DNA of 64,000 nucleotides from Camelus dromedarius (taxonomy: Eukaryota): assembly GCF_036321535.1 (NCBI RefSeq), contig NC_087436.1, positions 40,550,001 through 40,614,000 of the forward strand, written 5' to 3'. Below the pieces are notes generated by a model, which saw only the letters and a list, made by a program, of their open reading frames with translations, ran no database searches and was not told where the DNA came from. Of this stretch, positions 35,736 through 50,783 are shown piece by piece (positions within the stretch are counted from its first letter, which is position 1; every line of letters starts with the position of its first letter). A program made the translations under genes and the position numbers.

Positions 35736-37109
35736 TGCTTCTCTAGATTTTTCAGTATTTGAAGTTTAGGGTACCTTCAGAACTAAACCAGCAGCTTCTC
35801 ATAGTTTCAGAAGCTGACTTTACAACATAGGAGCTAACTGTAAATATTCTTTTGCATTTAAAGTGGCTTAATAGCATGGCTTAATAGCATGGCTTTATGC
35901 AGGGCTAGATGTTGGTTTCCTCACAAATTCATGTAAGAATGCATCTATGGTTGACATACAATAAGAGAAAATAAAATCCTTGGGGACTGTGTCCTGGTTT
36001 AGACTATCCTGGGACCTTATTTCACCAAACCACATTAAAAGGTGAAAAAAAACACAAAAATGAGGGTCAGGTTTTCTCACCTGACGTTGCATTGCTGCGT
36101 AAGACTAAACACATTTGGAATGGAGAGCCCTTCCCCACGTTGAGTGAACCTTTGGTCTGCTTATTTGGCTCTTCTTTATTCCTTCAGTCACTTATCTGTT
36201 TGGTTTTAATTACCTTTTTTTTTTTTTCCAGCATTTCTGTATCTGAGTACATCATCTTTAGATAGCACTATACACTGCTCATTTGATCAACTCAATTCTA
36301 TGCTCTGATTAACTTATTCAAATGAATGAGTAGTTAAATTTCCTTGGGCAGTAAGGTCATTTCAGTAAACCAGGGAAGCATAAAAGCAATCTAAAATCAA
36401 CATATTTTTGTTTATTTTGTTACTATGAACATTTTTTAAAAATATGAAAATGTAAAATTGGTATGCTTGGGTAAAAATGTATTTTTAACTTAATTCCTAT
36501 CAGTTATAAAGGTATTTAGATATTAAAATCTTACAATTAAATGACATATTTCCCATATTTTAAATGTTAAGTCATATTTCTCTTTACTTACATGAAAAAG
36601 TCCTTAGTTCAGAGAATTAGACTTCCTATTCTTTCCCCTTAAATTTACCTTGTAACTTTTATAAACCCATTGCCTCTATCTTTTGAATCTGAATACTTAG
36701 AATCAACTTTTTACAAATACGTGTATAGAAATTAAGGCAGTTGATTGGAACATTGGACTTGATCTTATTAAACACAAGCCTTCACTGTTTTTCACCTGGA
36801 GTTCCATAATCTTTGCTACTAAAACAATCCGTATCTAAGCCATTAACTTACTTTGGTATAAGAGAGAGAGGCACTTGAGTTCAATTACTAGACAGCGTTT
36901 CTGTTACTCAGGATAAATGACCAGGGTTGGGTGCCAGTTGCTCTCTTGAGAAGCTGGCACTGATATATTGTCTGAATTAAAATTTAAAATATCCTGCAAA
37001 CACTGTACATTTTCACTAAAATCATTTGGCAATATATTCCATCATAATGGGATAACATAAAGGGAAAAACATTATTATGAAAATGTGGTTTAAATGTATC
37101 GGCTGCATT

Positions 37110-39575
37110 CTAGTTAGTTTCTCCCGCGAGCAGGCCTTACTGAGAACAGAGCGCTCTAGTGCACTTCAGAGGGGCCCTTTCTCCTCCCCCTGCTGTAAGC
37201 TCAGGAACGTTCTCTAATGAGCACTGTGAGGACCTGATGGAGCTCCTGAAGGTATTTGTTGGCAGCACGTGGGGGCTCCCCCATGACTGGGTACCCTTGG
37301 AGTTTTTAACTGAGTTGTCCACACTAAGCCAACAGCAACTTGTCGATTCAGTTCAGGTTTTCCTACCCTAGTGCTGGTTACATCCAGGAACCCACCAGAT
37401 TCTCATAATGAACATTAACTAAGTCTCTGTGCTTCCAGCAGGGGAAGGATGAAAAGAAACCATTTCGAAATACACCAGAGTACTCTGTTCTCCTGGATAA
37501 GTCCTACCCTCAGAAACGAATTTCCCAGAGCTTAACCTGCTGGGGTTCTGTCAGTCTGACCATTTTGGGGAAAGGAATGTACCCAACTCCAGCCCACTCT
37601 AGCTGTGCTGTCCCATCTAAGGTGAGAGGGAAAAACACATTTCTAGCTGACCCTCCAGAGATATAGGCTCAATAAAGACTGAGGCTTAATCACAGGAACA
37701 GAGATTGTTTCCCCTTGCCCCACGCCTCACCACCACATCACTAAAGGCCTATTTACAGCAGTTCCTTTTACCTGGTACATCATGTCTGGCCATGAAGAAA
37801 ACATTCCAAGGCATTTCAAAAGGCAAAAAAAAAAAAAAACAAAAAAAAAACAAACCTCAAAACAAGTATTAGAACCAGACATGGCAGGGATGTTGAAATT
37901 ATCAGACAAGGAATTTAAAACAACTGTGATTAACAGGCTCGTTGATTAAAGGGCTCTATGGATAAACAGCATGCAGGAACAGAAGGGCACTGTACACAGA
38001 AAAACAAAAATCCTAAGAAAGTAACAAAATAAATGCTAGACACAGGAAACACAGTAGCAGCCATGAGGAAGCACTTTGGTTTTATTGTACACTGGACATG
38101 ACAGGGATTTATGAGTTAAGGACTTATTAATAGAATCCTCAAAACAGAAATGCGAAGAGAAAAAAGAGTGGAAAAGCAGATCCAAGGATGTGGGACAACT
38201 ACAAAAAGTGTAATTTAAGCATGGGAATATCAGAAGAAAAGAAAGGAAGGGCCTAAAGAAATATTTGAAACAATAACCACTGAGATTTTCCCTAAATTAA
38301 TGTCAGACACAAAACCGTAATCCAGAGGCTCAGAACACCAAGAAGGATAAATGCCAAAAAAATTACACCTAGGTATGTCATTTTTCAAATTACAGAAAAT
38401 CAAAGATAAAGAAAAAGCCATAAAAGAAACCAGATGAAAAAGAGACCTTACCTATAAAGGATTAAAGACCAGAATAACACCTGACTTCTCAGATACCATG
38501 CAAGCAAGAGTAGAGTGGAACATTCAGTGTTGTGAGGAGAAAACTCATCAACTTAGAATTCTGTACCCTATTAATTTATACTTCAAAAGCGAAGGGCAGA
38601 AACACTTTCTCATACAAATTGAGGGAATTTGTTGCCAGTGGAGCTGTCTTGTAAGGCATGTTAAAATAAGTCTTTTAGATAGAATAAAAATAAGTCAGAA
38701 ACTTGGATTTACATACAGAAAGGAAGAACATAAAGAATAAAGGAAGGTAAGAGAAAAGAAATCTTTATTTTTCTTAGTTGATCTAAATTTGTTCAAAATA
38801 ATAGCAGGAATGAGTTTGATTTTGCCTGCTTATGTATACATTATACATGCTTATATGTGAAATGAATGACAGCAATGACCTAAGGGATAGGAAAAAGGAA
38901 TTAAGATCAATTACTATAAAGTATACCCACTCCCCATGGAGTGGTGTCCTGTAATTTGAAAGTGGACTTGTATTAGTTGTAAATATATATTGCAAACTTC
39001 AGGGCAACTACTAAGTTTTTTTTTTTTTTAAACATGATATGCTAAGAAAGAAGAGAGAATGGGATCATATAACACTCAATTAAAGCCACAAATGAGGAAA
39101 GTAGAAGTCAAAAATACAAAGAACAAAGGCAATAGATACAAAACAGTGATGAATACGGTAGATACAGTTTTAATGCACCAATGAAAGACAGAGCTTGTCA
39201 GAGTGGATCAGGAAAACACAAGTCAGCTATAGATTGTCTACAAGAAGCCGACTTTAAATTTAAAGACACATGTAGTTAAAAAGTAAATGGATGGAGAAAA
39301 ATAAACCATGTTAACCCTAGGGACGAGGAAAAATACACAATGCTAACAGCAATTAAAAGAAAGCAAGACTAGCTATAAATTTCAGACAGAACAGATTTTG
39401 AAGCAAGGAAATGTATCAGGAATAATGAATATTACATTAGGCAAAGGGGTCATATCTCCTAGAACACGTAACAATCTTTAATGTGTACGTACCTAACAGC
39501 ATCTGACCACATGAGTCAAAAACAGAACCACAAGGAGAAAGAGATGAGTCCACTATTAATAGCTGGAGACAGAAA
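37110..39575 (+). mobile_element. Ancient L1 5' portion (5'UTR, ORF1, start of ORF2), degraded
   Basis: A-rich sense L1. ORF 38498..38740 contains QLRILYPINLYFKSEG (ORF1 C-terminal domain-like). Endonuclease-like remnants occur near 39180-39500. Confidence 0.75.
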
Positions 39576-42500
39576 TGCAGATGATGCCTAGGGAACCCCT
39601 CCCTCTAGCTGAGAGACTTGAGCATGCCACATAAGCTACTCAAAAAATATGTACTTTGCGGCACCACTGCCAATCCTTAGTTGCTATTTTGTATTGAATC
39701 TCATGCACTAATATCAGACTTTGGGGGATCCCAGCCACATTGTCTCCTGTAGCACCATAGTGAGTGCCAGGATCAATGACATTTACCTGCTTCAGCAGCA
39801 TTTCAGAAAAGCTGTTTACCCCTCCAAGCTTTCATCTCAGACTCTTAGAGGAGATGGGCACTTACTATATATTTTAGGCACAAATTGTGCCCTTGTCTTT
39901 AGTTCTTCACTCTAGGTTTATGAAATAGGATTCTTTCAGGCTCCCTTCGTGTAGATAAATATACAGGGTTTTTTGTTGTTTTTGTTGTTGTTTGCTTAGA
40001 ATTGGGTTCTTGGTTCCTTGGTTACCCACTCTGAGGTTCTCCCAAGGAAAGGAAAGATGTCATGCAAATAAATGCAATTCATTTTGCCAAATACCATAGC
40101 AGAGTAATGGAGATAACAGATTTAAAAAGTATTATTCCAGTATTTGCAGTCAAAGGACAACGATCACAAAATAATCCCTGCTTTTCATTGGGTCATCAGC
40201 TTTGCATATAGTTGAGAAAAACAAGATAATTAGCAATAAGATATATGAAAGGTATGCTGATATGGATAACATCTTATTGACTTTGTTCAAAACGTTACAC
40301 AAGGGTAAGTAGTATAGCTATTGCTGTTGGACCGAAGATTTGAATGCATTAAAATGTAACAAGGATGATTTTGCTACAAAATAATACTACATAGAGTGAT
40401 GCACAGAACTATCTGACTTGTAGCAATTGACAACTTGTGTCCAGATCATAAAACCCTGTAAATATCATTCTGTGTCATCTCACTTCTAATACACTATTGA
40501 AGACTGTCAAAATGGAGTCCTATAGGTTTTATAAATTGAGGCTTCCCTGATCAACATATTACTCCAGTGCTCATTTTGTGGAGGTGGCTGTCAGCAAACC
40601 TGGAGGCCCCAGAGAGATCCAATTATAACTACCTTCTCCCTACTCCAACTCAAAACCCTTGACTTGAACCAAGCAGTTTCTCTGTACTGATTAGCCTTGT
40701 GCCCAGGGATCTGTCCAACTCTGATAATGAAGTAAATTTGTTTTATCATGCTGTCAATCCTCCTTTTTGTTGTGAATTCAAAACAAAACTTACAGGATAG
40801 TGAGAACAGGTCTACTGTGTTCATCTCTTGAGCCAGCCTGGGAGCTGATAGATTCTGAAGGCCTTATCACACTGATAACTTGTGAACTAAATTTACCTAA
40901 ATCACCTGACAAAACCTAATGAGAACTTTTCCTTTCTTGTTTTGTCCATGAGAGTCAGATCTTCTCTGCAAAACTTCTGTGATTCCAGAATTACGCATCC
41001 TTAATATATTCAGTTGCTGATGGCTGGGCACTAGGTTGGGGGGCCAAGATAGGAGGTACGCATGCAATGACAACTTTATCCAGACTCGTGGTATTAACGG
41101 AGTCAAAACTTTGCCGCCTCGAGGCCAGGCCCCCACCTCTTCCATGTATTCTCACTATAAGTTTATTTCATGTATTACTCTACACAGCAAGCTTTCAACA
41201 AGGATAATTTAGAATTACCATGACTATTTGGGGGGAACTTTTGATAGGAAAAATATTCACTTTGAAAACAACTTGGAACAAGAAAGATACATATATAAGA
41301 AAACATATATTTTATTAGACACTCTCAAAAATTAAGATTCCAGAATTGCTTCCTTAAAAGATTGTTTGCCAAGTCCCATGAAGCTGAAAAACATCTAAAA
41401 CTATACTATTTGAGCTTCCTCCAAGTCATAACTTGAGCATAATGGCTTTTATCTAATTTTCCTGCCGTGTGTTCTTCCATTACCCTCTGCCTTCTCTTTC
41501 TGATCAGCCTCATTTCTCTTGTCAGCCAGAGAGCCCAAAGTTCAGTTTCTTCTTTACATTAAACATTTTGGAAGAATGGACACATCTTAATTTTAAACTC
41601 TGGCCTCATTATGAGCTAAAAGCCATTGTCTGAGACTTTCCAGAGTTTAGGCAGGAAAGACAAACATTTCAGAGGAATTTAGAATTATTTCTTAATGGAC
41701 AATCTAGAGCTCCCAGATCTGTTGTTTCCCATGTTAGCAGGAAACTCAGAGGTGAAGTATGGGAGGATAAAGCAATGTAGGAAGACCCTAAGAGCGACCT
41801 TAAAAAATAATTTTTTTTTCAAGATAAACCAGGGAGGTGTAGAAAAGCTATGGATGGTTGACAAGATCTTTTGGAGATGATTTACAAAAACTTCCTTACA
41901 AAAATAGATATTTCTAGTCCTGAGAGGAAGGGTGAAAAAAAGCATGAAACATTGGAGTTTTCAAGAATAGGTTAACATTTTTCACATTACACAGCAAGAG
42001 ATCCTAAAGGAAGTTCCATGTTCCTGTCACTTTTATGAATGGCCTTAGCTAAAAATAGAAGCTTCAAAATCAAAGTAAGAAATAGAATGGAAAGTAGCCC
42101 CATTGCCAGATCTCCAACTGACTCATGTACATTTTGAAAATGCCTTAGAACAAAATGATAAGACCCGGAATGAACTGACGGTCTCACAGTTGAAGCCCTT
42201 ATTCCAGGGACACATGTTAAAGATACCTGTAGGTCCGTCAAGCAGAAAAGATACTATGGAAACTATCGTGATGTGCTAGCTAAGAAACTGAAGAAAAAAG
42301 TCAGATTTTCAGAGACAGTGCTGTAGGAGTAAGTACGCACTTTCTTATATTTCACCAGGAGGACTGTTAATAAATAGTAAAAATAAATATTTAAAAATGT
42401 ATCAGTTATAATCTTGTCATTATCCTACAGCATTTCGCCTTCATTAGTAAACTGTGTAGATAGCCACTATCCCCAATAATTGTTAAAAATTCCCATGTCT

Positions 42501-44656
42501 TAGCTAATAATTCTTTATCTTAGAATCCAAACAAACAAGAAAAAAAAAATAGCCCTCTTTGTGACAAAGGCCTCACTAACTTAATATGGAAGAACCTACT
42601 GTCTCTACTAGTTGAAAGTCTAGCAGAGAAAGAAGCCATTATGTTAGCAGTTGTTATAATTTTCCTATGCTTTTAGTTAAAAAAACAAAAACATCAAAGT
42701 GTATAGACATGTTCAGGACCTCAGAGTCACCATGTGTCACTGTCAGAAAACTTCTAGAGCCCACTCCTGCCAATGAAGACTTCAAGGAAAATGTGATTTT
42801 AATGAAGCTGTAACTCTAAAATATACTTTATTTCAAAATTAGTCTTTTCTATTGTATTTTTTATGTCAACATGAAAAAGCTGTTAAGAATTTTCAACACA
42901 AACCCAGTAAAGGAAAAAAAAGAATGCTAAGGGCCTATGTAACAGGAGATGTTTTTCAGCTTCTTGTTTGGATGAGTTCTTTCTGAGCTATTTTCAGAGT
43001 CTACATCTCAAATTTTAAAACAGTTACTATTATTTAATTGAATATAAGACTTATTGGCTTCAGCCTTCTTGTAACATAGTTACACAATTTTTTGTGTACT
43101 TCAGTGGTTTCTGAGAAATCACCACACAATATCTAAAGGAACACACCTGGATTTCTCACAGGTATCCTATTGTCATAAATATTTTTGAGAGAGATTGAAA
43201 TTGACTGCAAGTCATATTCACGTAACCAATGAAGGAATAAAACATGTCAGTGGAGCCTGTGTATTTGGGCAGAAGAATGCGGCATTGCTCTAACCTAGGC
43301 TGTAATAGGCATCACGGGTAGGAAACGCAAGCAGAGTTGCTGATGTTCTGTTCCCCAGTAAGAGAAGCACCTAATAATTATGTTGTAAAACCACTGTCTC
43401 CAACAGCAAAGGAGGCTGCAGAGTAAAATAATTTTTTTTTGTCCTGAATGCCTAGTCAGTCTCCAGAGATCTAAAAACAGAGAATAATAACATTAAGTCA
43501 TTAAGCCAGTTATCATCCTCACCAACATCATCATTACCGTCCTTACCTAGAGTCGGATTTTAGTCAGACGCAGTTCTGTAACCTTGGGGTGGGGTGAGGT
43601 ACAAACTTCACTGCGGGCCAAGTTTTGTGCTAAGCACCCCGCATATAGCATCTCATTTAATCAGTTTACAACCTCCATTTTATAGACAGGAAGCTGAAGC
43701 ACAAAAAAATATATCCTGCAAGTTTTAAATAAGTCTTCAATTTTTAAAAAAAAAAGGGAGATTTAGGGTATTGTGTGTATCTAGCCATGTGTCAATTTTT
43801 AAAGCAGGTATACTGAAAACAAACTGTTACACATTTCTTAGAAAATTTCAGTAGTAAAAAGGACACTGAAAAGCCACAGAGAGCAAAAGATACAGTTTAG
43901 GGTACCATGATACAAGGATGTAGGTTGGACAATTAATCATTTTTATAACTGGGACGCTTTGTTGTTGTACCATTGACTTTTGATACTAATTTGTGTGTAA
44001 GGGATGAAGAAAGGAGAGAGTCAGAAAAAGAAGGAGAAAAGAAAGCATATAGCTCTAAACCAAGGAAAACTAATAAATATACATAACTGTAAACAGCATT
44101 CGCAAGACAGGTACATGGTGCGGAACATGATTTAGATATTTTGCTCCTGGCTTGAAAATAAGTCTCAGCACTGGATTCATAGAAGCTGTTAAATTCTTCT
44201 GGGGTTGAGCACTGCAGGAAACTTCTATAATTTAACTGTATGCTCAGAAAGCCAATCCACTGGCTTGCAAATTTATGCAACTTTTAGACCTGGTAAATTG
44301 GGTGAGTGCAAGTATGGCAGAGAGGAAAGAAGGCTTAATTTACTCAGAGATATAATTCATGGTTAATAAATTGTAACAAGCATCAGTAAATTAAAAAAAA
44401 AAAAAGGACAGAACAAAGCCAGAGGCAAAATAGGATTATGTTTTTCCATTTTAAATGTACTTAATTAGCACAGTCCCTCCTCTTAGGAATGGAAGTGATG
44501 AGTTCATGAAAGCTTGCCTCTGAATGCTAATAGAAGCAACATACTGAGACAGGGGTAAGATATCCCTCCTTTATATGCCAAGAATTAGGTGGTCACATGT
44601 GTACTTTAAAGTAGAGAGGATAAGGAAAATAAAAAGCATTTGTGTAATTCATTGTC

Positions 44657-44975
44657 TTTTTAATTGAACTTTTTAATTGAAGTATAGTTTACAATATGTC
44701 AATTTCTGATGTACAGCATAATGTTTCAGTCAAATATATACATACACATTCATTTTCATATTTTTCATTATAGGTTAGTACAAGATATTGAATAAAGTTC
44801 CCTGTGCTATACAGTATAAACTTGTTGTTTATCTTACATGTAGTAGTTAGTATCTGCTAATCTCAAACTCCCAATTTATCCCTTCCTACCCCTTTTCCCC
44901 TTTGGTAACCATAAGTTTGTTTTCTCTGACCATGAGTCTGTTTTGTAAATAAGTTCATTTGTATCTTTTTTTTTT
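44657..44975 (-). mobile_element. L1 3' end (younger family)
   Basis: Homologous to 441-690, 11463-11790 and 15108-15430. Confidence 0.8.
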
Positions 44976-44979
44976 TCCC

Positions 44980-47900
44980 CTCATATACACCCATCCCCAA
45001 ACATGAATAGCCTCCCTCATTATCGGCACCCCCCATCAGAGTGGAACATTTGTTAGATCTGTTGAACTTACACTCAACAATATTGTAATCAACCAAAATC
45101 AATAGTTTATCCTAAGGTTTGGACATGTGTATAATGTAAAATATATCTACCATGGTAGTATCAGACAGGGCAATTTCACTGCCCTAAAAACCCTCTGTGC
45201 TCCACTTATTCAGAGCCTTCTCAACCCCTGGAAATCACTGATCTTTCTACTGTCTCCATAGTTTTACCTTTCCAAGAATGTAATTTTGATTAACATTTCT
45301 TTCTGAGATGTCTTCTGCAAATATTTTCCCTCAGTTTGTGGCATGTCTTCTAATTCTCTTGTCATTGACTTTCGTGGCACAGAAGTTTGTCTTTTAATGA
45401 AGTCCAGCTTATCAATTACTTATACAAATTGTGCCTTAGATGTTGTATTTAAAATGTCATCGCCATACCTAGATTTTCTCCTATGTATTATTCTAAGAAT
45501 TTTATAGTTTTGACTTATATTTTGGCTTGTGATTTATATTGAGTTAATTTTTTTGGCATATGGATGTCTGGTTACTCCAGCATCACTCATTGAATAGACT
45601 ATTTTCCTCCATCATTTTGCCTTTGCTCCTTTGTCAAAGGTTAATTGACCAAATCTATGAGAGTCTATTTCTGAGTTCTCTGTTCTTTTCCATTGTTCTA
45701 TTTGTACTTTCTCCAGTACCACACTGTCTTGATTACTGTATCTTTACAATCCTGCCAGCATTATTCTTTTCCTTGGTTATTCTGTTGGCTATTCTGGGTC
45801 TTTTGCCTCTCTTTATACAATTTAAAATCAGTTTGCCAGTATCCAAAAAAAAAACTTGCTGGGATTATGAATGAGATTGCATTGAACCTAGAGATCAATT
45901 TGGGAAGAACAGACATCTTGACAATATTCAGGTTTCCTATCCATGAATATGGAGTATCTGTTTATTTCTTTGATTTCATTCATCAGAGTTTTGTAGTTTT
46001 CTTCATGCTGTTTTTGTACATATTTTGTTATATTTATACTCCAAGTATTTCATTTCAGGGGGTGCTAATATAAATAATACTGCCTTTTAATTTCAAATTC
46101 CACTTGCTCATTGCCGACATATAGGAAAGCAACTAACTTTAATGTATTAACCTTGTATCTTACAATCTTGCTATAATTGCTTACTAGTTCCAGGAGTTTG
46201 ATTCATGCAAAGTTCCTACATATATCATCAGATCACCTGTGAGGAGGGGCAGTTTTATGTCTTCATCCTCAATCTTTATACCTTTTATTTTACCTCTTTT
46301 TTTTTTTTTTTGTCTTATTAATACTTCCAGTAAGATAGTGAAAAAGGAGTATTGAGAAAGGGCATGCTTGCCTTGGATCTGAGCTTACTGAGAAAACTGC
46401 AAGTTTCTCAACATCGAATAAGATGGTAGCAGTAGTGGTTGTTTTTGTTGTTGTCAGGTAGATATCCTTCATCAAGTTGAAGTTCTTCTCTATCCCTAGT
46501 TTACTGATATTTATTATGTATAAATGTTGAATTTTATCCATTTTTTTCCTGCATCTAATGATATAATCATGTGATTTTTCTTCTCCTGGCCTGTTGATAG
46601 ATTGGGTTACATTAATCAAATGTTGAACCAGCATTGCATACCTGGAATAAATCTCATATCATGATGTATAATTAATTTTGTACATTGTTGGATTCAATTT
46701 GATAGTATTTTGTTGAGCATTTTTGCATCTATGTTCATGAAAGATACTGGCCTGTAGTTTTCTTTTTCTGATTTTGATACTAGAGTGTTGATGGCCTCAT
46801 AGAATGAGTTAGGAAGTGTCTCTTTTGCTCATAATACCTGAGATTGTAGAGAACTGGTAAAATTACTTTGTCAGATGTTTGGTAGAATTTACCAGTGAAC
46901 TCAACTGGGTAAGTATTTTCTATTTTGGAAAGTTATTAATCATTGATTCAAATTCATTAGTAGATTTAGGCCTATTAAGATTATCTTTTTTTCTGTATGG
47001 ATTCTGGAAGCTTCTATCTTTAAAGAAATCAGTCCATTTCATCTAGGTTATCAAATTTGTGGGCATAGTTACTTTATAGCATTCCTTTATTACCCTTTTA
47101 ATTTCCACAGGATCTGTATCAACGTTTCATTTCATTTCTGATATTAGTAATATGTGGGGGGTTTTTTGTTTGTTTTTGTAGTTAGCTTGGCTTGAGGTTT
47201 GATTTTAGTGGTCTTTTCAAAGAAGCACTGTTGGATTTCATTATTTGTCTTTTCCTTCTATTGCTTTCCTGTTTCCAATTTCATTGATTACTTCTCTAAT
47301 TTCCTTCTGTTTACACTGTATATAATTTTCTTTTTCTAGTTTCTTAGGTGAAAATTTAGATTATTGATTTTAGATCTTTCTGCTTTTCTAGTATATGCAT
47401 CGATGCTATAAATCCCTCTGTACACTGCTCTTACTCATCCCACAAATTTTGATAAGTTGTGTTTTTATTTTCAATTCCCTCAAAATATTTCCTTTCCCTT
47501 GAAATTTCTTCTTTGACTCATATGTTATTTAGAACTGTGTTGCTTAATTTACATGTATTTTGGGATTCTGTTTTCTTTACTGTTGATTCCTAGTTTAATT
47601 CCATGTTGGTCTGAGAGGATACATTGTGTGATTTCTGTTATAAATTTCTTTGTTGAATGGCCCAGGATATGGTCTATTTGTTGAATGCTGCATATGGCTT
47701 GAGAAGAATGTGTATTTTTCTGTTGGATTAAGCAGTCTACAGGTGGCAATTATGTCCAGTTGACTGATGGTGTTGTTGAGTTCAGTAAGTTCTGATTATC
47801 TGCCTGCTGGATCTGTCTATTTTTGAGAGAGGTGTGTTGAAGTCTCCAACTATGTCCGTGGACTCATCTGTTTTTCCCGGCACTTATATCAGTTTTTGCA

Positions 47901-50570
47901 TCACAGTTAGATGTTCTGTTATGAGGTGCATACTCCTTAAGGATTGCTGTATTTTTGAGAAAAAAATGTTCACTTTGTCATGTTGTAATATCCTTCATTA
48001 TTACTGATTTTCCTTCCTTTGAAGTCTCCTCTGTCTGAAATTAATACCGGTCCTGATTTCTTTTAATTATTGTTAGCATGGTATATTTTCCTCCATTAAT
48101 TTACTTTTAATCTACATGTGCTTTATATTTAAAGTGGGTTTCTTGTAAACAACTTAATAGTTGACTCACATTTTTGATCCACTCTCACAATCTTTGCCTA
48201 TTAGTTGATGTATTCAGACCAATGGTGCTGAAAGTGATTACTGATACAGATAGGTTAGTATCTACCATGCTCATCACTGTATTCTACTTGTTGCCTCTGT
48301 TCTTTGTTCCTATTTTTGTCTTCAACTCTTTCTGCCTTTTGTGGTTTCAGTTGAGTATTTTATAATTGCATTGTCTCTAGCATATCAGTTATGCTTTTTT
48401 TTTTTAATTTAGTGGTTGCCTTCCAGTTTGCAATATACTTTGCCAACTAATCTAACTTCACTTTCAAATTTCAGCTTACTACTTGAAGGGTACAGTGAGT
48501 ATGTTATACTAACCAAATAATTCTAACTCCTCTTTTCCATCCCTTTGGTCACTGCTGTCATTCATTTCATTTATATAAGCACACATAAGAATGTATATGA
48601 TGCACCTAAATATGCCTAAACAAATAGATGTTGCTATTATTTTGAACCAACTCATGTTAGATCAACTAAGAATAAGAAAAATTTGTTACATTCATTTATT
48701 TCATCTTCAGTGCTCTTCACTTCTTTATGCAGATCAAATTTCTGACCTGTACTTTTCTTCTCTTTAAATAATTGCTTTTAATATTTCTTGCATGACAGAT
48801 CAACTGGCAACAAATTTCCTCAAATTGTTTGAAGAGCTTTTTTTCTCTTTTCTCTTTTGAAGGGTAATTTCACACGGTACAGTATTCTACGTTGTTAGTC
48901 TTTCTTTGACCATTTTAAATAATTGACTACACTCTCTTGATTGCATGGTTTCTGAAGAGAAGTCAGAGAATTCTTATCTTCGTTCTTCTGTATCCTTACA
49001 GAGTATAGAGGCGTTTTATTCCTCTTTGTTTTTAAATTGAAGTATGGTCAGTTATGTGTCAATTTCTGGTGTATAGCATAATGTCCCAGCCATGCATATG
49101 TTTACATATATTCATTTTTTTCTTTTTCATTAAAGGTTATTACAAAATACTGAATGTATTTCTCCCCTGGGGTTTTTCTAGGATTTTTTGTTCATCTTTG
49201 ATTTTCTATAGTGAGAAAATGATTTGCCTAATTATCACTTCTTTCGCATTTTCTTCTTGTTTGTTTCTGATCCTCCTTCACCTGTGGTTTGGTGTCTGAC
49301 ATTAAATTGGGGAAATTCTCAGTTTCAAATATTTCTTTTGTTTCTTCTTCTGTTATTCCCATTGTATGAATGCTATGCCTTTTATAGTTGTCCCATTTGA
49401 AATTCTGTTGAAGGTGTTTTTCCCAATTGCTATTCTCTTTGCTTTTCATTATTGAAGATTTCTATTAACACATCTTAAGGCTCAGGAATTCTTTCCTCAG
49501 CCATGTCCAAGTGTACTGTTAAACCCATCAAAGTCATTTTTCATTGTTAGTGTTTATTTGTAACATATTTTCATTCTTTCTTGGAATTTTGATTTATCTG
49601 CTTACATTGCGCTTCTGTTCTTACACGCTGTCAGCCTTATCCATTAGAGCCCTTTACTCATAGAGCATGTTAATCATAGTTGTTTTAAATTCCTGGTCTA
49701 ATAATCCCAACTTTCCTGCCGTATCTGGCTTCGATGCTTGCTCTCTCTTCAAATTTTGTTTTTGCCTTTTGAAATGTTTTCTTGATAACTGGATGCCACT
49801 TACCAGGTTAAAGCAACTGCTGTAAATAGGTCTTTAGTGATGTGGTGATGAAGTGCTGGGGTAAGAGAATCATCTATAGTCCTGTGATTAGGTCTCAGGC
49901 TTTTAATCAGCCCATGCCTCTGGTCTGTGAGAAACACTTGTGAAGTTCCAATTTTTTCCATCCTCCTTGAGTGGGACAGGATGGCTAGAGTGGACTGGAG
50001 TTGGACAATTCCCTTTCCCAGGTCAGTGAGGCTCTGCTAATATCCTAGCAGGTTAGGTTGTGGTTAGTTTCCCCTGAGCGCAGACTTTGTTTAGAAGAAC
50101 AGAGTGCTCTGGTGTATTTCAAAATGGTTCCTGCTACCTTTCCTCTGCCAAAAGTCAGAAGGAATATTTCTCTGATATTTACTGTGGGAATCTGGTTAAG
50201 TTCCTGAAAGTAAATCTTAAAACACAGCTGGGATTTCCCTATGACTGGGTCCCCCTGAAGTTTTAGCTCTCAGAATTGTCTACATTGAGCTTCTAGCAGT
50301 TTCTCAATCACAGTTCAGATTTCCTTCCTGGCACTGGTTCTGGAGGTGGCTTCCTCCCCTGAGTCTCAGCTGTGGTGAGTTTTGTCTGTCTGTCTCTCCA
50401 GTCATGGGGGCAGTAGTTTGTTCTGTGATGTTTCCTCTCAAATGGATCTTAGAAGAGTTTTTTTGTTTTGGTTTTTGTTTTTGTTTTTGTTTTTAGTTTG
50501 TTCAGCTTTTCATTTGTTAAGATGGAGTAGCAACTTCCAAGCTCCTTACATGCAAAATTGGAAACTGGAA
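44980..50570 (-). mobile_element. Ancient, internally deleted L1 (5'UTR, ORF1, ORF2, 3' fragments), with a small younger L1 tail near 49030-49155
   Basis: ORF remnants IDHILGH...ILSDQHGIKLGIN (endonuclease) and DKIQH...RQACPFSILLF (RT). 49670-49855 is an inverted homolog of 37727-37935. Confidence 0.8.
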
Positions 50571-50725
50571 CTATCCTGATATATGCTCTAATATTCAGAA
50601 AGACAGGGACACAATGTGGTGGCCATGTGTAACTTTACCAGTTACTGTCTCAGAATGTAGGGTCCTGTGGTATAATTACAGTTTGACAGAGGCTTCATAT
50701 TTATCTTATCTACTATAAATTTTTT

Positions 50726-50731
<6 letters not shown>

Positions 50732-50779
<48 letters not shown>
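50732..50779. repeat. (TA)n microsatellite
   Basis: Visible directly in the sequence. Confidence 0.95.

Positions 50780-50783
<4 letters not shown>

Noticed and set aside
35864..35895. 13-bp tandem duplication ggcttaatagcat
   Set aside because: An ordinary local slippage duplication with no further structure.
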